From NCBI RefSeq assembly GCF_001194135.2, contig NC_068981.1, forward strand, positions 56,956,678 to 57,020,677: a DNA stretch of 64,000 nt. The letters run 5' to 3'. Source of the stretch: Octopus bimaculoides (lineage: Eukaryota). A program made the translations under genes and the position numbers. The notes beneath the pieces are model-generated. The model was not told where the DNA came from, did no database searches, and saw only the letters and a program-made list of their open reading frames with translations. The stretch's first letter is position 1. Each line of letters starts with the position of its first letter. Shown here piece after piece: positions 38,445 to 52,505 of the stretch.

Positions 38445-40343
38445 GTTCCCCTTTCTCTCTCTCTCTCCCTCTTCCCCTTCCTCTCNNNNNNNNNNNNNNN
38501 NNNNNNNNNNNNNNNNNNNNNNNNNNNNNNNNNNNNNNNNNNNNNNNNNNNNNNNNNNNNNNNNNNNNNNNNNNNNNNNNNNNNNNNNNNNNNNNNNNNN
38601 NNNNNNNNNNNNNNNNNNNNNNNNNNNNNNNNNNNNNNNNNNNNNNNNNNNNNNNNNNNNNNNNNNNNNNNNNNNNNNNNNNNNNNNNNNNNNNNNNNNN
38701 NNNNNNNNNNNNNNNNNNNNNNNNNNNNNNNNNNNNNNNNNNNNNNNNNNNNNNNNNNNNNNNNNNNNNNNNNNNNNNNNNNNNNNNNNNNNNNNNNNNN
38801 NNNNNNNATATATATATATATATACATACATATATATATATACATACATACACACACATACACACACAGAGGGAGAGAGGTACCGCACTGTTTTTACCTT
38901 TTCTTTATAGGCAGATGAAGCAAAAGCCTATATTCTAGACCTCAACCGGGGTTTATGTGGCCCTTGTGGGCCCATCTAAGATTTTGTAAAAATTTATCTG
39001 TAATAAATTGGTTCAACTTCTACAATATATAAAATCTTTTTATAAATTTTTCATACAATTCCTAATAATATTTAATTATTAAAATATATGATTTTTTTTA
39101 TCATCGAATAGTGAGGTGAGCCCATTCGAATAAATAGGAATCAAAGGTGTCCAAAGCTAAAACCAAAATGATTGAGAAGCATCTAAACTCTAGAATCAAG
39201 ATAATTTGAATCGAGAATCGAAACCGATACGTTTTCTTGGTTCTCGAGAGTTTATATCTTCCCCGTCTGCATTTGCTGCGCACTTTAATATTGAAAAATA
39301 GAATCTCATTTTACAAACGTAGACTTATATACACATAGACAATGTTGAGGGCGAGGGCAGCGAGGAAGATGATCCTCTTGTTGCTGACTTTGATGCAAAC
39401 ACTGCTGTAGCTGCATATGGTAATGATGATGCTGTTGCTGCTGCTGATGATGATGATAAGGATGATGGTGGTGGTGGTAATTTTGGAGGCGTTGCTTATG
39501 ATAAGTATGGTTATGATGACGTTAGCATATCTTGCTACTTGGCTTAGAATTATAAATATGATTAATTTGGATGTATAACAGTTACAAATTGTGTTCTTCT
39601 TCCTTGCTTGTTTTGTTGGTGCCACAACGTAATAATGATATCAGAGCAGATAAGATATCACCATTAATAGTAAAATACTCCTCTTTTTTTTCTTTTCCGT
39701 TTTCTTCTTTCTATTTTATTTTATTTTTTTTCTGTTCCCCGCGGGAGATTGTGATTGCTGAACAGTGTCAGTTCACTTGAAATCTCTCGAGGCTATTCAC
39801 CTATCTTTACCACTTCGATAAGATTCATGACCTGGTAAATTATCTGAAATAAAACATTCCGACTTTTAACTACAGGAGGAGCCGTTCACAGTAAAAGCAG
39901 CGAAATTCAATATTTAAACGACAGCATTGTCAGGTAACTGGAAACCATCGACATTCATGTCATGGTTTCAGGAGAACATATGATGCGTTTATGGCAACTG
40001 TTTTTCAAATAGCTTACTTCTGCCCAACCTAGTGCACTTTCAATGACTCTTGACCTTCCATTGGATATCAGCGTCTGAATTTCAGCACCCGGGACATTAC
40101 GCCCGACATATTGGCTATGCTTTTTCTTTATTCTTTTCGACTTTCGAGTTTTAATTTAGTTTATGAATGAAGAAATAAATACAAATTTCCGCAAGGCAGT
40201 CTTTGTGAATTTGGTAGTCATCTGGAGAGAGTAAATAATATTAGCGGTCGGCGAAATAGTTGTTTCGTTTACTGAAATATTGGAAGCATTAAGAAGACGA
40301 TGGGTGGGAAGAAATAGCAACGACGGCGGCAGAGACAGTAGCG

Positions 40344-40440
40344 TAGAAGAAGAAGAAGAAGAAGAAGAAGAAGAAGAAGAAGAAGAAGAAGAAGAAGAAG
40401 AAGAAGAAGAAGAAGAAGAAGAAGAAGAAGAAGAAGAAGA
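40344..40440. repeat. (GAA)n microsatellite
   Basis: Direct sequence. Confidence 0.95.
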
Positions 40441-41779
40441 GTAGGAGCCGTACAGATATAGGGAGAAATAGCAGTGGAAAGATGGAAGATAACTAAGAAG
40501 AAATGTTAATTTGCCAGAATATTCTGGAAGTTTAATATCACTTAACTATTAGATACTTTGCATAAACTGTAAAAGTTCTTTAAATAAATCGAAAGATCTC
40601 AGTGAGCTAGTGTAACTGTTGGTTTGATTACTATATATATATATATATATACCATATATGTTCTTATTTATATGTGAACGCTAGTGAAATAAGTGAAATA
40701 CATGTCTCTTCTGGAGAAAGATTTTTGATTGCCGTATCATTCTTCCTTGAATATTTATTTTGTTTTAATTAGAAAATAATTACTTTGGCTAATTTAAAGT
40801 AATTCTAATATCTAGAATTTTAAATATAACGTGAAAGTTTCGATTTGCATACTTATTAAACAAGTTGATTCCCTGAAGAAAATGACGATTTGTTCAGCAA
40901 AGCTATAAGAACCTTGTTTTGCTTTGTTTTTTTGTTTAATTTTATATGGAAATCAGTTACAGTCGATTCAAACAAGACCGATATATTTTTTTTAATATTC
41001 TGTCCACATTAGTTGGTTAAAAGGCAAAGTTGATTTGGTCAGTATATAATTCTGAACAGCGGGCTTACAGTTACTTACCACTCCGTAAGTATTGAAATAA
41101 GAAAATCGCTATTATCTATGATCTCTAACATATGTATAGAGTCAAATTTTTCGGGACCTTTCTTTTCTTATACAAATCATTTTCATAAGTTTGTCTTAAA
41201 CGTCTACGCTTCTTGTTTCATACGTTATGAGCAATATGAAACTTTCCTTTCATAAGTCTTCCAAGTTGTTCTGGTAATCGAAAAAAATATTTAGAATGAG
41301 TATCATATACGGTGCATAGAAGCCAAAGAAACATGTCCTGTGTATCACATGTGATACACAGGATACGTATTACTGACTGCTAAAGATTGAAAGGCAGAGC
41401 CAACATCAGTTTGAACAGAACTCAAAATATGAAGGCATATACAAAAAAAAAGACCCTAATTAATTTTGTCAGAAGTTCTACCGATTATAAATATAGACTA
41501 AATAAGAATCATCATCGAATATTTTTTGATCACAGAATACTATTCAAAACATTGGCAAAGGTTTGAAAATCTTTCAACAATAAAATATAACTTTGGCTGA
41601 TGATCTCAATAATTAGGAACACCTAAAATCTGTCAGTTCTTCTCAGTGGAATACCGAAGAGATAGTTACACCATCTTATATTTGTGGGTAATATCCTGAA
41701 CATAAAGTAGCAAACTTGTGCACAAACCATAAATTTTACTTGAGATCTACAACAAGCTGTCAACTTTAAAAAACATTGC

Positions 41780-41880
41780 CTTTCATCATTCTCGGGTCGA
41801 TAAAGTACGTAGAAGTCAAGTTGAGAAGATCGAATGTTCCCTCCCTAAAAATGTGTTGCATCGTGCATATGTTAGAAATC
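41780..41880 (+). mobile_element. SINE family A fragment
   Basis: gcctttcatcattctcgggtcgataaagtac. Confidence 0.6.
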
Positions 41881-43334
41881 AATATATTAAATCATGTTAA
41901 CGATGCCAATATATTAAATCATGTTCAATGTAGACACAAGCTAGATTGATGTTCTTTTGTGTGTTGGTATGTGTGTTGTTGCTTTTAGTCACAGGTCAGC
42001 CCTGATCGTTTTTTTCTTGTTTGTTTTTTCTTTCTTTTTCAAATACATTGTATCTAAGACTACATTATTCAGTACATCTTGTTTTGTAGAACGAAAGGGT
42101 GTGATTTGAGATTGATATGATGTCTATTTCTAGCAGATTGGACGACCATGTACGTAACTTCGTTTCCTCAAAATAGACAGGGTTTATTCGATACAAGGAA
42201 CACACTATGACGGTTATCTTCATGCTTTATTAAGAAGTGCATTTATAGCAAACATATTCTTTTATAGGTGTGTTTGTATACGAATGTATGGCGACCAGTG
42301 TGTATGTCTGCTTTAAGGATGTTTTTCAGTGTGTATGTGTATATAACTGAGTCTGCATTACTTTACCTCTTTGTTGTGAGAATCCTGATATTTTTATTCG
42401 GGATCATAACTTAACCAGATCTCTGCCTTAAATGCTATGGACAAGTCCGAAGGGAAATTTTCTGATGGCGACAGATTCTAAAAGATATTACTTCGATTCT
42501 TTGGTGCACCAACGCAACTTTAACGGAAGACGAGCTTCCAAAGAAGAAAAGTACTTAGAGTAGAGTGAAGGGTCCTTTTTCATGCTTGCGTTACCTTTTG
42601 TAGCATATTAAATACAGAATGTTGTTTAGATATATTAAAGACACAATATGACAGGTGAAGCATTGCGATGGATCAGTTGTTCTATTTTTCCATAGCCCCT
42701 TGTTTTTCTTCTGTCATTTTGCTGCAAAACAGGAAAAGTAGAGATATTCAACATTCCAAAGGAAATTCAAGAATATTACGAGCCATAAATAAGACACGGT
42801 TAAGCAATCAAGCTCCAGAATTTAATTTAAGGCTGAAATTTGTAGAAACCTCCTTGGTTCAGACTGGCATTAAATATGCTTAGTAAGCTACAAAAGTAAT
42901 ACTGCTTGAGCATTTACAAAAGAAAATAATTATGTTTTGTTTCATAGTTGGTTTTAAGAAAAGTTTCACACACATAGCTTTCTCAATAACCTTAAAGACC
43001 GAAGCCAAACGAAAGCAACATGAAACAAAAATATTGATTTCAATTTTTGGTGCAAGGCCAACAATTTCAGGGGAGATGTTAAGTCGATGTTTTGTTTTGT
43101 TTATTTGTTGCTGTTGTTTTTTTCTGCCTGATGCAACATTTTTATCAGAGTGAAATTGAATCGTCATTTTCAGAACCTTCTATTACTTTCTTTGCCTAAT
43201 AAAAACTACAGATTCATTCATTCCAACCATTAGCTTTCCGTCAACCGCTAAGTTACGGGAACGTAACCAAATCAACACCGGTTGTCTCACTCGCGCGCGC
43301 GCGCACATATATATTATATATAATTATTTATGCG

Positions 43335-43490
43335 ACGAGCTTCCACACAGTTTCCGTCTACCAAATTCACTCACAAGACATTAGTCAGCCTGGGGTTATA
43401 GTAGGAGGTTATAGAAGAAGACGCTTGTCATACAGTCCTCGGAGTGAATCCCGAAACCACGTGGTTACAAAACTAGGCTTTACCACTATT
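43335..43490 (-). mobile_element. SINE family C
   Basis: cagtttccgtctaccaaattcactcacaag shared with 47540, 54485 and (inverted) 54105. Confidence 0.75.
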
Positions 43491-43911
43491 TTAGTGACAG
43501 GCGAAAGGAAGGGTTGATCGTGGTGTGAAATAGCACAAGTAAAAACCAACAATCAATAGTCAAATCAAAAAATTCCACAAGTACGTAGAAATATGAACTT
43601 TCAAACTAAGTGTTGCTAATGAGAATAATTCACTCCAACTATAAACAGTTGTGGTATAGTTTCAACGATCAGTATGAAATTAAAATCTATAAAGTCGAAG
43701 AACAGGTTATAGTCATTTTTTGCACATAACATGATTTGAAGAAGAGTTTCTATGTGCAAGAATGCGCATGTGCATCTGTAAATATATACACGTACGCATG
43801 GATAGATACATACATACACACAAAGACATGTAAATTATCTATGCGTGTATGAATGTATAATTCGTGAGCACACGCGTGTGTGTGTATGTATGTGTGTGTA
43901 TATATATATGC

Positions 43912-43951
<40 letters not shown>

Positions 43952-45119
43952 GAAACAGAAGAAAGAGCTTAACAACTGAAAGACATTTATAAATAAAGAA
44001 ATTCTTTCAATTTTTATGTATATTCTGTAATTACTGTATAAATATATAGTTAAAGTAATAGTTGTGAAGACTCGCTCCTAACTTAGACAGGATCGATTAG
44101 AAAGAAAGAAAGAAAGAAAGATAGAAAGATGGGAAGGAAAGAAGGAAGGAAGGAAGGAAGGAAGGAAGGAAGGAAAATACAAGTGCAACATATCGTTATG
44201 TGAACAGTTTTACCTTTATGAAACACTCCCAGCGGCTTAGTAATTTATCAAACAGCAAAATATTCCATAAACATAAAGAAATTAATATATAAGAATCACA
44301 TTTATTCAGAATATTTAAATACTGCTGCAAATTAAATTAAAGTAAATATTATACCTTAATTTCATTATTCAAGACATTTATGAGTTTCTTTGCAACTGGA
44401 ACAGAAGAAGTAATTTCATCCAATACATAGGAAGTAAGTTCCAAGGGTTTTTTTTGTTTGTTATTTAGTTTATCTGTTTTGTTTTGCTTTGTGTTTTTTT
44501 TTATATATCGACATTATTTGTACAGAAATTAATCACATCGTAAGTAATTACTAACGCAATATTATTATTTTAATAACGAACATTTATTATTGGGTAACTC
44601 ATTAAATAGCTTCTTTTTTCCTTCTTCAATTATTTACTGAAATGTACCAAGCGCACTGTGTATTTCACTTGAAAGTACTTGGTTTGTCTTACCTCTGAAG
44701 TCAGTATATAAGTAACGGTGTATACGCTGCTTTTGTTAGTAGCAACTAATGTATACTCTCTAAATCGTGCTGAAATTAACCCTTCAACTCGAGAACCGCT
44801 AGTTCAAGCCTAAAGGTTCCAAGCCAGTTTAAACTCCTCCTTAACTCCTCCTTCATCTCAGATGTGTGTTATATTTCTTTAACTACTGACTTATAATTTA
44901 AATCGTCAGGGAATTTCGATTGAAAAGAAATCAAGAATGAAATCTATGATCCTATGAATAGCAGATACGGAAGGTTTTGCGAAAAATCTTCCCTAAGTAA
45001 ATATTTCGATTTTTCTCTTATTACATGAATTATTTTTAATAAGACAAATGAAGGTATCAGAAATCTCCACTAATATGAAATATCAATTGTATGTTTTAAT
45101 TTATTATCATTATCATAAT

Positions 45120-45144
45120 TACTACTACTTCTACACCAACTACA

Positions 45145-45212
<68 letters not shown>
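45120..45212. repeat. (CTA)n microsatellite
   Basis: Direct sequence. Confidence 0.95.
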
Positions 45213-45539
45213 TTTCATTGTATGATAATATATTAGCATTCTTTACCTATTATATATCTTACTAAATATTGCCGTCTGAAATGCTCATCAATCATAATAA
45301 TAGTTTTGTCAGTTGACCCAGACATGATTATTATTGTCTTAATTGGATTTAAGTCAATGAAAGTTATACATACATATATAAAACTCTTCCAAAAGCACCG
45401 GTGTCTAATGAGAACAATTCCCAAAACACTAGTTGTTATACTAAAGCTAAGGAAGTTTGGAATGTTGTCAATCTGGCTTAAGTTCGGCTTCAGAATTCAA
45501 TTCGAGATTTTCCATGTCTGGCTTTCTCACGTTGTCTTA

Positions 45540-46250
45540 TTTATTAGCTAACCAACGGGAAATGAAACGTGCCTGTGACCCTTGTAGGACCACTGAGGCT
45601 CTTTCGATGTTCAAATCGATGCTCAATTTAAAGATCTGTAGGTTGACATATGCAGAGAAACATGGCGGATATGGAATTCCAGAACTAAAACAAATGCAGC
45701 AGAATGTTATGTAGGATCTGAATAATTTGAGTCAGTATGGAAAACGATATGAAAAAAGACTGGTATGATGAATAGGTGTAGATGGAGGGGCATATGTGTA
45801 GATTATGTCTTGGTATTATTGAAGGAGACTAGGTTGCCACTGAAACATGTTTTGAAGGTCTCTTTTCATAAAAACTATACTGTTCTGACCGACGGTTATC
45901 TAGGATGCATGTGTTGAAGTCTACCTACGGAAGATAAAGGAAAACTAAGGGGTGAAATCATATGCATAGGAGTATGCGCAGTTTGAAATAACAGAAATTA
46001 GATCATTAAAGAGCAGAAGGGTAACTGTGGGAAACATGACCCATCATTGACCTTCACCAAAATTGAGGAGTTGTGAGTTGGGCAGAACCCTATAATGGAT
46101 TGGTCCGGTAAGAAATTTTTGATTATACAGGGAGAAGGATCCACGAAGAGGTGAGCAAATTATATGGAAGATATTCATTTTAGATGCTGTCGATGATTAT
46201 GTTGGTGTCAATGGCATTCACCGACCACGAGTAACTCTGGATTTTCATCG
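45540..46250 (+). mobile_element. Highly decayed CR1-like LINE 3' region
   Basis: Raised GC; LSMFKSM resembles CR1 L..LFKS.V; weak. Confidence 0.25.
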
Positions 46251-46494
46251 TATAGTTCGTGGCCCCATCGAAGATACAAAGGGGGTCTCGAGGATGGTTA
46301 ATAGCGAAAATAAAATTGAAAAAGTGTGTGTCAGTATTTAGTGTGTGTGATTATTTAGTGGTTATTGAAGTGTGAGTCTCGATCAGGATTCAAAACGGCT
46401 GTTGTTTACATCTAAGTTTTGTCAATCAAAATAACCCATAGTATCAGAACATCCAGATGTTATTCGCATAGAACAGTGAAAGTTAAGTCTTAGT

Positions 46495-46890
46495 TTGATT
46501 TCTTGCAACCCTAAAGATTCCGCTCACGCATTCACAGTAAACAAGGCACAGGGCCAGACTTTAAATTGTATTGGTGTATTTTTACCTACTCCGATGTTTA
46601 CACACGGCCAGTTATACGTCGCTATGAGTAGAGGAACGGACTCCTGTAGTCTGAAAATTAGTGTCGACCAAACAGAAAATATCGTCTACAAAGAAGTTTT
46701 GTAATCATATTGATATTATCGAAAAGAATATGGTTTGTAATTTAAATTAGAAAATTTGTTGACTTTAAACGTATAAGAGTATAAACAAGCGTAAAATAGT
46801 GTAAACAACTAAAATAAAAATATATCTAAATAATATTTTTTTCTTAATACTTTTTATGTAGTGGCCGAAGGGAGCACTGGTTTTCGTTAG
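46495..46890 (+). mobile_element. Helitron 3' end with PIF1-like helicase C-terminus
   Basis: AFTVNKAQGQTLNCIGVFLPTPMFTHGQLYVAMSRG...TENIVYKEVL* (46495-46704) matches helicase motifs V-VI of Helitron RepHel; a degenerate GC-rich terminus ends gttag at 46890. Confidence 0.85.
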
Positions 46891-47502
46891 GAGTGGTCCA
46901 CATAACCATTCATGATACAGAGGTTGAGAGCCTATTTCAGTTCGGGAGTGAATCGTCATCACATGTCACTTAGTTTCAAACACATGTCATATAGCTGCAA
47001 TAGAATGCTGTATCGTCAACAATAGTGTGATTCATCTAAGACATTACCCAGTAATCTATCAAGTCTATTTACATATTATTCAATACATACTACTGTTCTA
47101 ACCTCCCTTCCTCATTTTATGTCTCCATCGTAGATGGGTAGATTTGCTCGTATATATAAAATTATAATATTCAAAGCGGTTTGATTTGGATTCCGTGCTA
47201 CTTCAAGTTTCGCAAGCCACTGATAGAATCTGTCTCCTCAGGCTGGTGGAAAATTCGAATAAATGGAGAGCTACAAGAAGTCCAAGATGGCTACCGGCAT
47301 GCGGGCTGCAATTGGTCAAGGGAAGTCACGTGATGTCACCGTAGATAGTATTGCTTAGTAAGCGACTACAGTTACATAAGTGAAGGGAGTTTCTTAGGCC
47401 GCGTGATTGAACAGGAAATTGGTGGTGACAGTGCATCTGGGTGTGGAACCAGTGGGAGCTTTGAGCATATGAAATTGTGTGCGTGGGTGCGCGTGCGTAT
47501 GT

Positions 47503-47538
<36 letters not shown>

Positions 47539-47539
47539 A

Positions 47540-47660
47540 CTACTGTCTTCTTTCAATTTCCGTCTACCAAATCTATTTGTAAGGCTTTGGCCAGCAATTG
47601 GACTGAACCCAAAACCATGTGGTTGGGAAGCAAACTTCTTATCACACAGCCACGCTTGCA
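47540..47660 (-). mobile_element. SINE family C, internally deleted
   Basis: tttccgtctaccaaatc...ggactgaacccaaaaccatgtggttgggaagc. Confidence 0.75.
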
Positions 47661-48276
47661 TCATATCACGTAAGCAAAAAGAATTTTTTAAAAATGAAAA
47701 TTATCATCAACTTTATTGCCTCAGTAAAACGCAAATATCTAAAAGATACGATTCAAGAAACAATGTTCGACGAGAAAGCAAAATTGGCATTTAACTAATG
47801 CATAGAAATCTCCTGAAGATTGCTGTTACGGAAAAGCTATATTATTTAGCATCTCCCTATTTTGTTACTATAACAAATAGTTTTCATTTTTAATTTGAAA
47901 CCAAATTTAGAAAGGTCACTGGAAATTCCCTTTTAATACTTACAGTTAAACAGTTTAGCGTTTGGATAGACTAAATATCTATTTCATGGTCAGATGAGTA
48001 AAACAGCTCTTTTCATAATTATAATATAAATTACATAACAATGTAATATCATAGTATCGATGTACAGAAACCAGGTTTACATTCTGACTACACGTTACCG
48101 AATGTATGTACATACACACATGATAATGCTCATTTGTAGATAGATATACATTAAAAAAATAGCGTGTGTATGTCTGTGCATGTTTGTGTGTGTATTGTTT
48201 GCAGAGAGTTCATGAGTCAGAAAAAGAAACACTTTGAATATTAGGCAATAGTATAGTGGATATATCATTATTTATA

Positions 48277-49240
<964 letters not shown>

Positions 49241-49255
49241 AATAATAGTAATAAA

Positions 49256-49330
<75 letters not shown>
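49241..49330. repeat. (AAT)n microsatellite
   Basis: Direct sequence, runs into a gap. Confidence 0.95.
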
Positions 49331-50122
49331 NNNNNNNNNNNNNNNNNNNNNNNNNNNNNNNNNNNNNNNNNNNNNNNNNNNNNNNNNNNNNNNNNNNNNN
49401 NNNNNNNNNNNNNNNNNNNNNNNNNNNNNNNNNNNNNNNNNNNNNNNNNNNNNNNNNNNNNNNNNNNNNNNNNNNNNNNNNNNNNNNNNNNNNNNNNNNN
49501 NNNNNNNNNNNNNNNNNNNNNNNNNNNNNNNNNNNNNNNNNNNNNNNNNNNNNNNNNNNNNNNNNNNNNNNNNNNNNNNNNNNNNNNNNNNNNNNNNNNN
49601 NNNNNNNNNNNNNNNNNNNNNNNNNNNNNNNNNNNNNNNNNNNNNNNNNNNNNNNNNNNNNNNNNNNNNNNNNNNNNNNNNNNNNNNNNNNNNNNNNNNN
49701 NNNNNNNNNNNNNNNNNNNNNNNNNNNNNNNNNNNNNNNNNNNNNNNNNNNNNNNNNNNNNNNNNNNNNNNNNNNNNNNNNNNNNNNNNNNNNNNNNNNN
49801 NNNNNNNNNNNNNNNNNNNNNNNNNNNNNNNNNNNNNNNNNNNNNNNNNNNNNNNNNNNNNNNNNNNNNNNNNNNNNNNNNNNNNNNNNNNNNNNNNNNN
49901 NNNNNNNNNNNNNNNNNNNNNNNNNNNNNNNNNNNNNNNNNNNNNNNNNNNNNNNNNNNNNNNNNNNNNNNNNNNNNNNNNTGTAGCATTGAAAAATCAT
50001 CGGTTTAATAATTCAAAAGCTGTGAAATGCGGAAAGTAGGAAAACTCATGAACAATGTTTTTCACAAATGAAAAGCCAACTGAGAAAAACAGCTTATCGA
50101 AATATCTAATTATCTTTGATAA

Positions 50123-50189
<67 letters not shown>

Positions 50190-50226
50190 TGCATACATAC
50201 ATACATTATATTTCTCCAAAAGTTTC

Positions 50227-50258
<32 letters not shown>

Positions 50259-51294
50259 TATATCATCTGAGCCGAAACTACTACTTAAGATTATATCTCA
50301 TTTGCACAGATGCTTAGTTGTGTCAGAAACATAATTCTTTTGTTAACTTTTTAAATGCAGCTAGTCCAGGTGAAGTTTTCTTTTGAAAACAAAAAGACGT
50401 CCAATATGATTACGGTTCTACTTCTTCTCCGGAATTTGACAATATTTCAAGCCATTGCCATAATGTTTCGTGTTTTGCGTCAAAATTTTTGGGACTGTCC
50501 ATCATTTTATATTAAATGCTGATAGTAATATTTTTTCTTCATGAAATCTTCTCCGACTTTTTACACATCTCTTTCACTTCCTATCACATTTTAGACAACA
50601 GTGAGACTGCTGCTGATTTTGTAGCGACTTGGACAGCAAAGAGTTCATATCTTCTCACCTGAGCTGTGAGTTATATCTATGACCAAAAATGTTAATGCCT
50701 AAATATCTGTAAACAGGTAACATTGGAGTGTAAGCAGTGGCAGCACCAGGTGTTTCATTGTCTGGCAGTGTTGATTTCAAAGCTTTACTAAGTGTCCCGC
50801 TTAATTCCAAATTGGATCTTTTTTTTTTAAACCAGCTCTTAAGCAATTCAAATTATTTTTAATGTCCTGTTCATTTTCAAACATGTATTTTCTCTTTCTG
50901 CAAACCTTCTTTTGATTACACACAACTGTAAATCCTAAAGTATTGATAAAGTACTCTTGTTTTAATTTTCATACTTTTGTTTTAATTTTCCCTATGGTAG
51001 ATCTTATTTTAAATATATATCCACACTTCTCTGTCTTCTGCTTTCGCTTCTTGAAACAGACATCGTGGAGCGAGATTTAAGATCTTAGACAAACAAGACC
51101 GATTTCGACTTTTAACTGCAACCAACTCGCATCAACTGCATTGGTCCGATGAAAAATAATGATTCTGTCATTTTCCATTTATTAATTCTTTTGCAACTCT
51201 GAAAAACGAACCGATATATATATATATATATATATANNNNNNNNNNNNNNNNNNNNNNNNNNNNNNNNNNNNNNNNNNNNNNNNNNNNNNNNNN

Positions 51295-51464
51295 GTAACT
51301 GAACGTCTTACCAGTATTCTCCGTACATCTCTGTTTATCAATAAATCACACACGTGATTTGATTGACGTTAGGGTTAGGGTTAGGGTTAGGATTAGGGTT
51401 AGGGTGTGATTTATTTATAAACAGCTAGAAGAAAACGGATAATACTGGTAAGTCGTTCAGTTAT
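51295..51464. mobile_element. MITE-like foldback element enclosing (TTAGGG)6
   Basis: About 57-60 bp imperfect inverted arms 51295-51351 and 51404-51464 around TTAGGG units 51369-51404. Confidence 0.8.
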
Positions 51465-52439
51465 TTCCCTTGAATATTTTTATTTAAGTTTTTATCCCCC
51501 TAAACTTGAAGATTACCTATATATATAAGTATAAACTTATCTCACGCCCCTTCACCCCCCCCCCAATAAGCACTAGAAATGTTTATGAAATTATATATTT
51601 AATGTCTGGTCGATGAGGAAATGAGAATTGATCACCTATATGCTTTTCATGGTGGAATTGGTGAAATGAGGTAAAGAAATGTAATGGTGTCACCTGAGAA
51701 TCGAAACTAAAAACTTGTGTCAGCTTATCGAGAATTCACATTGTACAATGCTGTCTCCTTATAAGGTTACATGTCACTGACTTCTCGACTGACTCGTCAG
51801 CTGTTACACTTTAACTGTCAGTCCAGAAGATTTCCTATGCAACATAGACTTTTTATTATCGCTACGTTTTCACCAAATATTCATTATCTTCCTGATTTTA
51901 AATTCTTCCTAAAAAAAGTACCAAAAATATCTCAATCTCATATACATCGTTTATGTTTTGTTTCATTCTGACAAGTTTATACATCTCACATATATCGTTT
52001 GCATTTTCTTTAACTGAAGTGGGCTTGTAAACCACTTCTATATTTGTCATTTGCGTGTTGTGGGTGGTTTTTTTTAAATAAAAGATGTTTATTTAGTTGG
52101 GGTTTTTTTCTTTTTCTCGAGATATTTTTCTTATCTAACGAAGAAAACATGTTTCACATTTCCTGAAGAATTTTCCTCCATCAAATTAAACTTGGTTCTA
52201 AGTTTTTGCAATTTTTTTTCTGCACTTTCCTCGTTTCCTTTATCGTATTTATTTTTCGTAAAGAGAACTTTCAGCTTGAGAACATTTTCTCGAGTTGTCT
52301 TCAAGAGTAATAAAATCTCGGATTGCTATCATTTTCGCTTCTTTTGATGATACAAAAGTAGCGAGTGTAGAGATTTTCATGCCTTTCCAACCGACGTAAA
52401 TGGACACTGGTTGTAAGTAAAATTTGCTAAAAATGGATT

Positions 52440-52505
52440 CAGCTGAGAATCGAACCTGGTATGCAAAATTAGCGTTGCCGGTTGCTTACTTCCTACGCGA
52501 AGATG
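52440..52505 (-). mobile_element. tRNA-like SINE head fragment
   Basis: Minus strand ccaggttcgattctcagc B box; no full cloverleaf. Confidence 0.35.

Noticed and set aside
41880-41925. 19-bp direct repeat caatatattaaatcatgtt with 8-bp spacer
   Set aside because: Most likely a simple slippage duplication at the end of a SINE fragment
50340-51200. Coding-like minus-strand stretch
   Set aside because: Frequent stops in all frames and no motif I can assign; probably a decayed element
51369-51404. True telomere or chromosome fusion site
   Set aside because: Only six units, single orientation, enclosed by inverted arms
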